Source: Botryllus schlosseri (Eukaryota). From it: DNA of 64,000 bases. This document shows positions 34,558 through 47,500 of this stretch, one piece after another; the first letter of the stretch is position 1; every line of letters starts with the position of its first letter. The notes beneath the pieces were generated by a model. It was given only the letters and a program-made list of their open reading frames with translations, made no database searches and was not told the origin of the DNA. Made by a program: the position numbers and the translations under genes. The stretch covers positions 14,632,001 to 14,696,000 of the forward strand of contig CM119378.1 of assembly GCA_051294905.1 (NCBI GenBank), in the 5' to 3' direction.

Positions 34558-36058
34558 ATTGTAAATTTGTTATTTGTGATATCGTGTGACTGCATTACGT
34601 CATGATGACACTGCGTTACAGTCAACAATGAATAATGAAGTTATATTGCAGGGTGGTGGAAGGGAGGAGGTGGGAAATATAGTTAAATTGCATTATGTCA
34701 CGCTTGGTAGTGACATGCAATGTGATTGGGGCGCCCTGGCGCTGCGCTCCGCTCGCGCCATGGCTCGTCCGCTTGTCGTATCTCAGCTTTCGTGGCATAT
34801 ATCTAATGAGTAATGCAGCTACAATGAATTGCTTATATATTCCCATAAACGAATACCTAAGTAATGCAGCAATACTGCAATATTGCACAGATGTTGTAAC
34901 CCGTCCGACAGCCAACAACAAATTGAGCATCATTTCTGTCCAGCTGGTCATATGAAGTTATATTGCAGGGTGGTGGAAGGGAGGAGGTGGGAAATACAGT
35001 TAAATTGCATTATGTCACGCTTGGTAGTGACATGCAATGTGATTGGGGCGCCCTGGCGCTGCGCTCCGCTCGCGCCATGGCTCGTCCGCTTGTCGTATCT
35101 CAGCTTTCGTGGCATATATCTAATGACTAATGCAGCTACAATGAATTGCTTATATATTCCCATAAACGGATACCTAAGTAATGCAGCCAAACTGCAATAT
35201 TGCATGGATGTGGTAACCCGTCCGGCAGCCAACAACAAATTGGGCAGCATTTCTGTCCTGCTGGTCATACTCACAGTAGACATTAGAAGAAGGGTGACAT
35301 ACGACGAGCGGACGAGCCATGGCGCGAGCGGAGCGCAGCGCCAGGGCGCCCCAATCACATTGCATGCCACTACCAAGCGTGACATGCTATTTTACTGTAT
35401 TTCCCACCGCCTCCCTTCCACCACCCTGCAATATAACTTCATTATTACCTATCATTTACGGTGACGGTATTGTAAATTTGTTATTTGTGATATCGTGTGA
35501 CTGCATTACGTCACGATGACACTGCGTTACAGTCAACAATGAATAATGAAGTTATATTGCAGGGTGGTGGAAGGGAGGAGGTGGGAAATATAGTTAAATT
35601 GCATTATGTCACGCTTGGTAGTGACATGCAATGTGATTGGGGCGCCCTGGCGCTGCGCTCCGCTCGCGCCATGGCTCGTCCGCTTGTCGTATCTCAGCTT
35701 TCGTGGCATATATCTAATGACTAATGCAGCTACAATGAATTGCTTATATATTCCCATAAACGAATACCTAAGTAATGCAGCCAAACTGCAATATTTTGCA
35801 TGGATGTGGTAACCCGTCCGGCAGCCAACAACAAATTGGGCAGCATTTCTGTCCTGCTGGTCATACTCACAGTAGACATTAGAAGAAGGGTGACATACGA
35901 CGAGCGGACGAGCCATGGCGCAAGCGGAGCGCCAGGGCGCCCCAATCACATTGCATGCCACTACCAAGCGTGACATGCTATTTTACTGTATTTCCCACCG
36001 CCTCCCTTCCACCACCATGCAATATAACTTCATTATTACCTATCATTTACGGTGACGG
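34558..36058. repeat. Head-to-tail array of a ~490-bp MITE with ~170-bp TIRs (one truncated and two full copies)
   Basis: TIR AATAATGAAGTTATATTGCAGGGTGGTGGAAGGGAGG...GGGCGCCCTGGCGCTGCGCTCCGCTCGCGCCATGG. Copies at 34632-34952 (truncated), 34952-35445 and 35543-36036; a ~75-bp leader is repeated at 34558 and 35469. Confidence 0.85.
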
Positions 36059-38249
36059 TGCGATCGATGTTTTCATTGCAGATAGGCAATGACGGGCGCC
36101 TTCCCTCTTGTGCAGTATGTTTCAATGACATCAGGGATCAAAATTATGACAAATATCATGCATGTGTCTGTCTACCGCATACCGTGACACGGATTCGGAA
36201 AAACGCCTATTGCAAAAGGTCGGGCCGTATTGCCGATTCAAGTAACAGACATAGACTAGGGACTCAAACTATGACTCGTACGTCTGAACATCTACATTTT
36301 TATTTTGTTTGCAATCCTACTCCACCTAAGATACATGAGTATAGTCATAAATATGTATTATACATGTACTAATATTATGATAAATAGCATGCGTTTATAT
36401 GTTTACCGCACACCTTAACATGGATATGTAATAAATGAATAGGCAGTAATGCCGTATCAGGAAACAGGAAGCGAGACAGACTCAACCGTTTAAAAACTGC
36501 TATTATTCATTTTGTTTCACCCATACTCCGTATAACACCGTATCAAGTTTATTTATATATTACACCGAATCGTTACATCTGATACGCAGTATATATATCG
36601 TGATGTAAGGAATAAAAAGAATGATAAATATCCTGCGCGTTTATGTTAACCGGACACCTTAACACGGATTTGTGAGAACGCCTATCGCGAATTTTAGTTC
36701 GTATCGTTGTCACACGTAACAGATAGAGACTCGGACTCGGTCTCGAATGGTTGAAAGTTACATTTCATTTTTTCAAACATACTCCACCTACGACGCAGTA
36801 TCAAGTATGTCTATATAAATGTGTTGAACCGAATCGGTATCCCTCTTCCACAGACAGGATTTCGTGACGTCACGAATATACAATTATGAAACATAGCGTG
36901 CGTGTCTTTGTTCACTGGACACCCTAACGCATATTTCTAATAACGTAAACAGCAAACGGCTCGTCAGTAATGCCGTCTCAGGTAACAGAGATAGACTCGG
37001 ACTCGGGTTGCGCCGCGTGAAAATTTATATTTGTTTCTGTTTTTCCACCATATTCAACGTAAGAGACAGCGCTGCCTATGTATATGTATAGGCATTGGAC
37101 CGAATCGGTAACCCTTATATGCATACTATATTCTGTTAGGTCAAGAATAAAAAGTTATGGTCAGTATCCTACGTGTGTATGTTTACATCATACATTATTC
37201 CGATTTTGTACGAAGCATAATGCAAACGTATGCCGTAATGTCGTCTCATGTAACACACAGACTCTCGGATTCATACTCGGACTCGGCTGTTCGAAACCGC
37301 TGTCTTTCATTTGTTTTAACCATACTCCACATCATATAATGTAATAAGTACGTTTATGTATATTCGTTCACCGAATCGATCCATGGGCCGCATAATCTAC
37401 TATGTGACGTCACGAGTACTGATTATGAATAATTATGACATCAATAATGCCTCCCCTTATTGTCACAGTGCGTTGGTATCGATTTTGTATGAAGCATAAT
37501 GCAGACATATGCCGTAATGTCGTCTCATGTAACACACAGACTCTCGGACTTTATTGTCACAGTGCGTTGGTATCGATTTTGTATGAAGCATAATGCAAAC
37601 GTATGCCGTAATGTCGTCTCACGTAACACACAGACTCTCGGACTCATACTTGGACTCGGCCATTCGAAAATCGCTATCTTTCATTTGTTTTAACCATACT
37701 CCACATCATAGAATATAATAAGTACATTTATGTATATTTTTCAACCGAATCGGACCATGTGCCGCATAATGCACTATGTGACGTCACGAATAAAAGTATG
37801 AATTATTACGACATCATTCATACCTTCCATTTAACGTGACGGTATGTCAATCGTTTCTCGCGCATAGTAGTATTGGCGGGTGAGACATATAACACGTGCT
37901 CTAAACACAAACTAAATTGTCGCCCTTAGAGCCATAAGGCTAGCATGGGGAATATTTTCATGCTCTAAATGTTTCCCGGTTTTCTCTAAATGTCCCGTTT
38001 GGATTTAGAGGAATATAACATCAAATGTAGAATCTCAGGTATATCGGGCGACATTCATAGCCCCAACCGGGCAGTACCGGGACCCTAGCCCACATCCAAC
38101 ACCAATATCTCCATTCCCCCAACCCTAATATCCGTCTGTTCAAATGCAAAAAAATATTTTGACATTTATAAAATTGTATCGTGTTTATGGGGAAACATTT
38201 ACGGGTGTCATGGGGAGCACTGTTTTGATCCCGGGCATAGGGCCTATAT

Positions 38250-38659
38250 TAGGCTTACCATACGTCCTCTTTTAAGAGGATTTGTCCTCTTTTTTGACTT
38301 TTTTGAAAGTGTCCTCGGAGGACGGCCTTTTGTCCTCTTTTTTGAAAATGTAGGTCTGATATGCCGCAAATTAGCACAGAAGTGACGGTCCGGCGGATAT
38401 TTCGGAGTGAAAAACGGTGAATTTAGCTCTGAGCGAAAAGATGACCTTTATTTTTTTTTTTTAGTCATCCACCTGGCAATGTAGAGTAAAAGACGGTATT
38501 TTGAGATCTGAGCGCAAGTGATGACCTTTTTTTTTTTTAGTCAACCGACCGCAAAGTGGGAAAAATTCACCGGTTTTTGAGAATTCTACTCCGGTTTTGT
38601 ATCTTGCAAAATTCTGAAAAAGTGTCCTCTTTTTGCATTTTCAAAATATGGTAAGCCTA
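38250..38659. mobile_element. hAT MITE (410 bp)
   Basis: TIR TAGGCTTACCATA; perfect TSD GCCTATAT (38242-38249 and 38660-38667); internal GTCCTC repeats. Confidence 0.9.
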
Positions 38660-39247
38660 GCCTATATCGAAGAAGCGCCGAAGAATCTGTAGCCGAACAG
38701 TGGTACGAGGAGGGTGGTGACATTTTTTGGTGATCATCTTCCGAAATCCTGCACTCATAATACTTTAGATCAGGCATGCCAAACATACTGCCGCCTGAAG
38801 CAATTCTGGGCAGATTAAAAAATCTTGTATTATCCAGCACATTTCTAACAAATGTTGGGATTTTTAGTATGAAATACGCGTCCTTAAATTAACCTTCAAT
38901 AGCGCAAATGTCGAGCATGTTCATAGGCCACATTATAACCATCCGACAGTGGTATTGCAGTTTCATTCTACTCAACTTTAGCAACAAGTCGGTGACATTG
39001 CCACTCAATTTCGTGAAGGCAAAAATTGCACTCTCAATTGAAAGTTTTATGGAAAAAATCATCTTAAAGTAGTGAAATTGCAAAACCGTCATATGCAGGT
39101 TACATGAAGAGTAGAATAGTTACACAAAATATAATTCAAATATCTCAGTACGGTATCACTTTTGATCTGAGAGTACCCTGTCTCCAGAGAAACCCGTCTC
39201 GGGATTTCATGAAAATTAACCGAATTCCAACCGGCGTTGACGGTTAA

Positions 39248-39737
39248 AGGGGCACTGCGCTCTAAAAATGATGTGGTTTCAAATTGAAGGTAAAAACGAA
39301 CCAAAACTTTTGGCCGCGGCCATTTCCTTCAGAACGCCACCGTAATGGAGCTGCAATTTATTGAAATTTCTACAAGACCAGCTGCTGCGGCTGCTTAACC
39401 CGTTACATAGCACGATATCCTCACCGTCGCACTTGCTCGACGCGATTAGGCAGTCACGCAGAGAACGAATTTTAGATAGTTGTCAGCCGATGTTATGAAA
39501 AAAATGTGTCTAAGCTTCGTTCTCTGCGTGACTGCCTTATCGCGTCGAGCAAGTGCGACGATGAAGACATCGTGCCATGTAACGGGTTAAGCAGCCGCGC
39601 CAGCTGGTCTTGTAGAAATTTCAATAAATTGCAGCTCCATTACGGTGGCGTTCTAAAGGAAACGGCTGCGGCCAAAAATTTTCGCTCGTTTTTACCTTCA
39701 ATTTCAGACCACATCATTTTTAGAGCGCAGTGCCCCT
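39248..39737. mobile_element. Palindromic MITE (490 bp) with TTAA TSD (Kolobok- or piggyBac-type)
   Basis: AGGGGCACTGCGCTCTAAAAATGATGTGG... with arms inverted over roughly 220 bp; TTAA on both sides. Confidence 0.85.
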
Positions 39738-41599
39738 TTAAGTTAAATCTCTCAAATTCCTGAAAACGCAGGGCTAACACCAGACTATCTACGACTAAAA
39801 CATAGAGAGCACAGAAATATACCAACTTCTATTGTCGTTAGAGCCACTGTTTCTGCGGTTTTTTTAGTTGTAAAATTATGCCATAACAGTGTAAATACTT
39901 TCAAAAAACATGTTGTATGAGCCTACGAACAGTTACCGCCCGATATAGGTGACGTATATCGATATGGGATGATTGGAACCCTCAAAATGGTCGGTTCAAC
40001 GTTAATAGTACAGATATTTCGTCAAAGGAGCTATATTTACCCTATATTTTCAATTGTCAATGTCAATCGACTGTGACGTCACAACGGAATATTTGTGACG
40101 TCATGGCTTTAAAAAAACATGTTTTAAATTAGGGCCTTGATTTAAACATGTTTGTTTCAAACTGATTTTTGTTTTAAATGCAACCCTATTTATAACCAAT
40201 CATCGCATTTATTCGCCTTCCGTTGATTGCGAATAACAGAATAGAACCCCTATGGTCCGTAATATGATATAATGCTTGATAGTAAAGTATACGCAAGCGA
40301 AAAACAAGGTCATGAGGTTCGAGGGAACATTATGGAATCAGTCTACTGGCGCGGCCAGCGAGTAGCCTGAAGGTCTGAATCCGTCCCGCGCCGTAAGTTC
40401 ATTTTGACCCTTCTGCTGTAGGTGGTCAATACGTCTACTGTTTCCGAGCACTCAATTAGGTTTTACTACTTGCACCGCTTGCTCAAGTGTTTGTTCCCAT
40501 CACTTGAACAAGGCAAAATTGCTCACTCCTTACGCTTTGGATTCAAAAAAAGTGGAAAGTAGTTCTGGGATGTGTTTGCATAGCATAAAGAACGCGAAAA
40601 TACTCCCAGTATTACGATGACTGAATAGAATATATACTTTTCCTGACACCGTTTTTTTAATCATATTTTCGAAGATTGTACTCATTTGTAGTGTTATTAT
40701 TAGTCATTTTGAGCTAGCGGCTAATATATATCTCGAAATTTCCAGAGTAATCACCTCCGATCAACTGCTAAAGGTATATGCATGCAATTGCAAACCCTCG
40801 GCCAAATATCTTTTTCGAAACTATATTTACGAGAGTTCTTTTCAGACAGTTCATCTCTACTTCGAAATGAAGTAGCTGTGACATGTCTTGGGAATCGCTA
40901 CTGGTGCCTGTAAATGAGTAAAACCTTACGACATCACATTTACGCGAGTAGAAACGCTGACTAATACTTTGATCACCTCTGCTAGGTACTCGAAATACTA
41001 GGGTGCCGCGAGGTCAAAACGTTTGGGAAGCACGGAGCTACGTTATACTGGTTATAGCCAGTCACGTAAAGCTATGAAATCACCCAAATTATATCATCAT
41101 TTCTTAGTATATACATTTCAGTAGTGTGACGTGGCCTGAGATGAATTAAGACATTTGTGATTCACAGATCACTAACTTTCAACTAGATTGGACTAACCCA
41201 GATTCACATAAAATCTCTGCATGGCTCTTCCGATATTACATTATCAGTCAAAGTTATTCTGACGACAATTATTATATCATGCCGAAACTGTTTTGTTTAG
41301 AATGTCGCTGAGGATTAGATCAAGCATATCCCAACTTCCTAGTACTACTATAAGTGAAATGCAATAACTATTGTGAATCCTCCTGTATGGTTATCTGATC
41401 CGCGTAAGCGGTGTCCTAAAAGAGGCCAGAACTGGAGATGCGCAATCGTGATATAGGATATCGGCCTGGTGTAAATGACCATTGCAGTCGTAAAACACCA
41501 TAGACATCACAAACAACGACAACAACAACTATTGGGGAAGAGATGTATCAATATTGTATTTAATAAATTCGAATATTAATGATTCACATAATATGAGCA

Positions 41600-42020
41600 T
41601 ATGCAGATATTGAAGTATTATGCGTATAAGTGAGGAGTTGAGTATTGTCAGCGAACAGTGTTGTCCTCGGTGAGGAGGTTGCAACGATATCATTCACAGA
41701 GTGAAAAGGCCCGGCTCAGGTACTGACCCTGGGAGTATACAGCAAAGGAAACCCGGTCGGAAGATCACTCGGCGGCGTCGTTTTCACACGAGCAAATGGC
41801 GCTCTCTCTCGCTCGATGGTAATGCGACTAATAAACAACGCCGTAAGGAATACAGGTTGATTGAAGTCACTCTGTATACTCTTTGGAAACTATTTAGAAA
41901 AGGAAATCAGACCCCTCATCAACTAGTCCAAGAAATCGACAGGACTAATTGGACTACATCCGATGAACGTATAACTTATTTGCATAAATTAGATGTGATT
42001 TTGTTGAGAGGATTCCTTCC
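41600..42020 (-). mobile_element. Decayed non-LTR retrotransposon (CR1/L2-like) reverse transcriptase fragment
   Basis: The minus strand gives frameshifted remnants of the PQGSV, NDI and LFAD(N/D)TQL RT motifs near 41760-41620. Confidence 0.65.
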
Positions 42021-42811
42021 TATGAAGAGGGTATGTAGGTAATAATTATCACATTTTTGACGGGTGCCGGCATCCGCCTTCTCATCAACTTGCACATGTT
42101 CGTAAAGCACGTCGTCGAATTAAAAATACCGATACGACAGCGTTCATAATAGTGTCGCGTTTCACGTCGGGCTTTGGCACGACGTGACCACGTGATATAG
42201 GCTACAGTACTGCACTACTGTATTCGTGAGAATGATATTTTCGAGTGCCGAATTCACCAATTGAAGAATTCTCTGGTAGTCGCACTGAATCCCAGTCTGT
42301 GCTCGAAATTACCGACCCACCATCTGACATATATGTTCCACCTGCCGACAAACACCAGTTCATTTTATTCGCTTGTGCTTTTTATGTTATCTCCTGTTAC
42401 TATTAACTCGGTGTATAGGCCTGTTGTTTGCAGCGGATTTGAGCGGATTTGCGTTTTACGACGGTGTCAGGACGCAAGACTCACACATCAAAAAAACATT
42501 CACATGTTACTATATTTTATAGGGGTTATGTATGGAATAGACAAGATTCAGAGAATGAAGAAAATCAGTCGTAGCAGATGAAGCCTGATTTATTACAGAA
42601 AATCATTGAGCCATGGCACTCAAATTCCCCTACGTAATATAGTTTCAATGCCCATCGCCCAACCATATTCTGGAGACGGACTCGTTGTAGGAAATTTAAG
42701 CTCACGAGCCCATAAATCTTTGAAATTGACGCTACACAATAATTTTCACAAAACCGCGCACTGACGAACAACGTCCGCCCTTATCATGCCAACATCGCTA
42801 TGGCTGTAGAT

Positions 42812-43989
42812 CAGAGGTCTCAAACTCAAATGAGCTCGCGGGCCAGTTTTCCAGTTTCGACGACGCCGTGGGCCGCAGCGTTATAGGGGTATTTTACGTC
42901 TTTCCAAGTAGGACTTATTTGGCGGGAATGAATTTTCCTATTGAAAGTGAGCCGATCCAGCAGACTGACAGTAAACACACATCGTCCAAATGTGATTTAC
43001 GTTTGTATCAATTTAGGCCTGGCACGAAAAGAATATTCACATTTATAACTATTTGAATAGAATTGTTGTTGTACTTGATATATATTAACTGTAAAATATA
43101 GACACCATATGGGCGGACAAATGCATGATGCCATCAAACAGCTATCGGGTTATAATTTTCAGCTACTATGAATATTTTGAATCCAACAGATTTATAATAG
43201 AGAATGATCTGATATCAAAACATTTTTAAGTTGAGCATTGTAATTCCAATCCAGGATTCGGGTATACTTCTGATAAGTAGACTATTAATCTCATGGACAA
43301 ATATCTTCAAATATAGGAGCAGATATATAATATAAATATAATAATGAATGTGTCCTAGTTATTGAAATGTCGGAACGCCGAACGGCCCATTGCTGTTACA
43401 TCGTTGGAGCGTACCACCACGGTACTCGGTACCTTTAAGTGGCCTTAAAAACATAGATTAGCGACCACAGATGGGACTAACAGATTGCCAATGGTTGCCA
43501 TACTTGCATAGTTAGCGAAATACCAAGCTGCGACCTTCTGATCTATTACTATATTCCCCTGATACGCGATTAGTTTGTTGCGTCTATGGTTCAAACAAAT
43601 TTACGGCATTCCGAGTCACTCCAAGTCCACTCGAGTCATTTTCATTTTGCCATCGAGTTAGCCCGAGTCTGAGTAATTCTAAGAAAGGTCGCGTCCAAGT
43701 CCAACTCACAAATTTCAGTGTAGAATCGTCTAAGGGTCCGATTTTGTCACCATGAATTGGAAATGTGGCGAAATAGTGAATGTTCCACTGCATGGTAGCG
43801 TTTGCAATTGATGTGATAGTGAAGTGCGATGAATAGTTTAAGACTTTCGGAGCAATTTAAGAGGGAGTTTTCACTTCATAACCTGAAAAGATATATGTGA
43901 CACTTATATTTTGTCAAATTAATAACTATCTAAAATGTCGTCGCGGGCCGCAGAAAATGCTCTGGCGGGCCGCGTGTTTGAGACCTCTG
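42812..43989. mobile_element. Non-autonomous hAT element (1178 bp) upstream of CYP-C
   Basis: TIR CAGAGGTCTCAAAC; perfect TSD CTGTAGAT; subterminal GCGGGCCGC motifs. Confidence 0.9.
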
Positions 43990-44565
43990 CTGTAGATCAA
44001 GGCTTCTTCTATAGGCTATCGCTATTCCCAACGTTATGAGCGCATTCCTGTCTTTTCGTTTTATCGCAGTTTTGTATGGTTTTGAAATGATGAAATCAAT
44101 AATAAAATCTGAATTGAACTGAACGGCCTATACGGCCTATACGCAGTGTGAAGCTCAGTGCATAGTTTCATAATAATTTCGTCATCTCGTTTTCGATGCT
44201 ATTCGCAGATTAGCGGTCAGCCAGTGTTGGCAGTTGGCGCATTTGGAAGCCAAATTTCGGAATTTTGGCTCATTTTCATACTGGCTGTCATCAGGATAGT
44301 GAGTTTGGCACGTTGGCCTCATTTTGGAACTTTCGACTTTGATCGACTATCACAATGTAAGTTTGTTGACAGCAATAAACGTGCGCTGAGATTCATGGCT
44401 GGTGAGTCACTATATTTTACGAAAAATTCGGCTCCCAGAGCCTTCTCACAGTTGGCAACTCTGGTCTGGTCTGGCCTATATAATTAGTTCACAGCAGAAC
44501 GTTGCAAGGCTGCCATGGTTAGATTCCTCCATAATGATGTTTTGTTGATCGTGTTGTTGTAGAAG

Positions 44566-47500
44566 ATGCTCGTCTCCGTAGGCCTTTACGAATTACTAGC
44601 GGCAGTGTTAGTGCTGTTGTTCGTATATTTTCGTCGAAATCGTGAAAATCTACCACCCGGTCCCTGGGGACTGCCAGTGTTCGGTTACTTACCTTTCGTC
44701 GGTAAGTATCCGTCAAGAAGTTACTTTGAACTTTCAAAGAAATACGGACCCATCATTAACGTGAAACTGGGATCTAAAAATGTCGTCGTCCTTAACGACT
44801 ACGAAAGCATACAGGAAGTGAGTCATTTTATTTCACTTCCAAATGTAAATACAGCCTAAGATTGCTAGCAACTGCATAGTTCACTCTGTACTACTGATAC
44901 ACATTAAAAAGTCAAAATATACTTAGAACATGTATAATCTAACCGACGGGAACGATGGGTATATATCAGTGATTCCCGAACTGTGTGCCGTTCTTGAAAA
45001 TCTTGATAGTTCAACTAATGCCGATGTAGAGGCCTTTGTCATCTTAATAAGGGCTCTCTATACGGCAGGCGCTTGTGAAACAGAGCGATGTGTTTTCCGA
45101 TCGTCCTCGCAACGAGTTCATTCATAAAATATCCGAAGGTTACGGAATGATCTTCCGGAAGTTCAACGAGGAGTACAAGATTCATAGAAAGTTCACTCTC
45201 ACCACTTTGAGGGGGTATGTGTATATTTCGGCTGATTTAACTGACCGACTCATCATGATTTAATGCAGGCTCGGATTTGGGAAAAGAGGCATGGAAAGCA
45301 AAATAGTCGAAGAGATTGAAAACTTGTGCGACGAAATTGGATCGCGAAACGGGAAACCCTTCCATTGTCAGGTACCAAAACGAATATTTTCTAAACATCG
45401 AAAACATTTATATCAGTGGACAACTGGACATAGGCCAGTGGTTCTCAACTGGGGGTTCGAGAAACATTTTAAGGGGGTCCGCGAAACATCTAAATTTGCA
45501 AAATGGTCGATAACCTAATTTGTATAATTGGGGAAATCACGATGCAGTTTCGCTTCAGAACTGCCAAAGCTTTAGGAATAACATCAACAAATCGGAACTC
45601 TCTAAATGTAGCTGTCTGCTACATATATATAGGTATCTGATTCGGGAATACTAAAATTTAGGATGGCTGTCAGATTCCCATAGAAAATGGACATATAGAA
45701 GCCTTGTCATGTATGAACATGAGTTTTAAAAACCATGTCCGCGTTTTCATGGAATTAACATGAGATGGTGCGACGCATGTCATTTCCATGTTAGAATCCA
45801 TGAAAAAATTTTACAGTGAACTTTTCCAAAATAACTTCAAGATGAGCTGCTCGATAGAAATGTCTATAGGCTGGATGTTATATGTTCATTAAAAATTCTA
45901 TTTCTCAAATTTGGTGCCATATATGTTATGATCATACCTAAAGGTGTCGTCGGAAGCGTTACGCGTTATTATTACATTCACCACCACCTATCGTTCTGAA
46001 AATAGATTGTCGGCACTTGTTCATATCAAATCTAAGACGCAGATTTACAAGACACGATCACGTATTTCAAGAAATGCAGCTACAGAATTCGCTTTGAACT
46101 AATAAAAGTCTACCCAATTTTTACATAAATCGTAGAGGTTATTTTCAAGAAAATACATTTTATTGCTGTTTATGACTAGCCTACAGTTAATATTTACACG
46201 AGACAGATTACGGTTGCACGATTGAGTTTGAGTGAAATTTGAAGTGATACTTTGGGAGTCTGCGGGAGTCCGTGACGGTCCAAAAGGGGTCCGTGAAAAC
46301 AAAAAGGTTGAGAACCACTGATATAGCCGTATCCAAGGGGCAAAGGTCCCATGCCCCAACCCCCAAAATTTTTCGAATTCGAAATTATGTGGAAGTAGTA
46401 GTGGAGTATTTTAGGACATATATATTCAACTTAGAATGTTTCTTCGCGCTTCGCGCGATTTAGTTCCACTAGATGTTTTTATTTAAATACGGGTGACCCC
46501 GAAAACTGCAGCTGTTGGGATGTTAGGAGTGTGAAGCCTGCAAGTGCCTGGCTATTAGGCATCGGCATTTCAGCGCCAGTCATCTCCGCGCCAGGACATA
46601 TCAAGACATGTAAAGTTTCGGCTAACATGCGACTTCGACAAATGCGCTCCCAGGAACATTAATAAAGCCTTGGCACACACGCATGTTTACCAAAGCCTTT
46701 GATTACTTCTGCTCGTAATGGAAAAATATAGTATTGCTTCTACCTGTACTCGAGTATCATCAATGACTACTCAAACCACATCTGGACAACACTAACTACA
46801 ATTTCGAGTTGAACATTAGTTCTCTCCTAAAATGCTCGTGCCGTGCTATCAATTTTTGGGTCACTCCTGTTATGCATCGCATTCCCTTTTTATCCTTGTG
46901 AAGCATTCGTTGCAGGACACACTGGTAGCTGCCGTGTCAAATGTGATATGCAATGTCGTTCTGGGGTCACGATTTTCTTACGATGATGAAGATTTCAAGG
47001 GGATGCTCAAGGCTGTTAATGCGTTGTGAGTTCTCTGCCCGACGATAACCAACCATTGAGTTGCACGTGTTATTGCTATATGTATTATTAGGTTCTCGGA
47101 CAAAGTCTATGCATTTTGTGTCAATATGCTAATACTCGCACCCCAACTGAGATTCATTCCGCCATTCTCTACAGCACACAAGCGGATATTCGAAGATATC
47201 GATTACGTTGTGGGTAAGCCACTCTGTGCAGCACTAGGCACGAAGTCTAATCTTAACATTGATCACTAGAATGCAGTGTTGGGATGACTCATTACTTGAC
47301 TCGAGTCAGACTCGAGTAATCTTTTTCGTATGACTTGACTCGACTCGATTCACTATGCTAAAATGACTTGACTTGACTTGACTTGACTCGGCGTATCAGA
47401 AATGTGGATTGACTCGTGACTCTCGACTCGACCAATTCAATGATCGTGGGTGCCTCCATTGTTCTCTCACAAATAAATTGACCGCAAACGAAGTGATCGA

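Larger units (their letters stand above)
29326..38679. mobile_element. Large foldback-like element with modular inverted arms, no coding capacity seen
   Basis: 29326-29470 is the inverted match of 38095-38249 plus 38660-38679 once the MITE at 38250-38659 is removed. ~290-bp subrepeats at ~30403, 31281, 31571 and 31850 are mirrored by reverse units at ~36320-37800. The outer ends and any TSD were not determined. Confidence 0.65.

Noticed and set aside
34586-35976. Several overlapping 60-190 aa ORFs with repeated peptides
   Set aside because: They are by-products of the tandem and inverted MITE array; the same peptides appear on both strands.
30403-37800. CRISPR-like repeat-spacer array
   Set aside because: The units are 260-290 bp and degenerate along their whole length, there are no cas genes, and the context is eukaryotic.
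40345-40560. Possible second SINE
   Set aside because: The Pol III boxes are too degenerate and no tail or TSD was found, so it cannot be supported without a database search.
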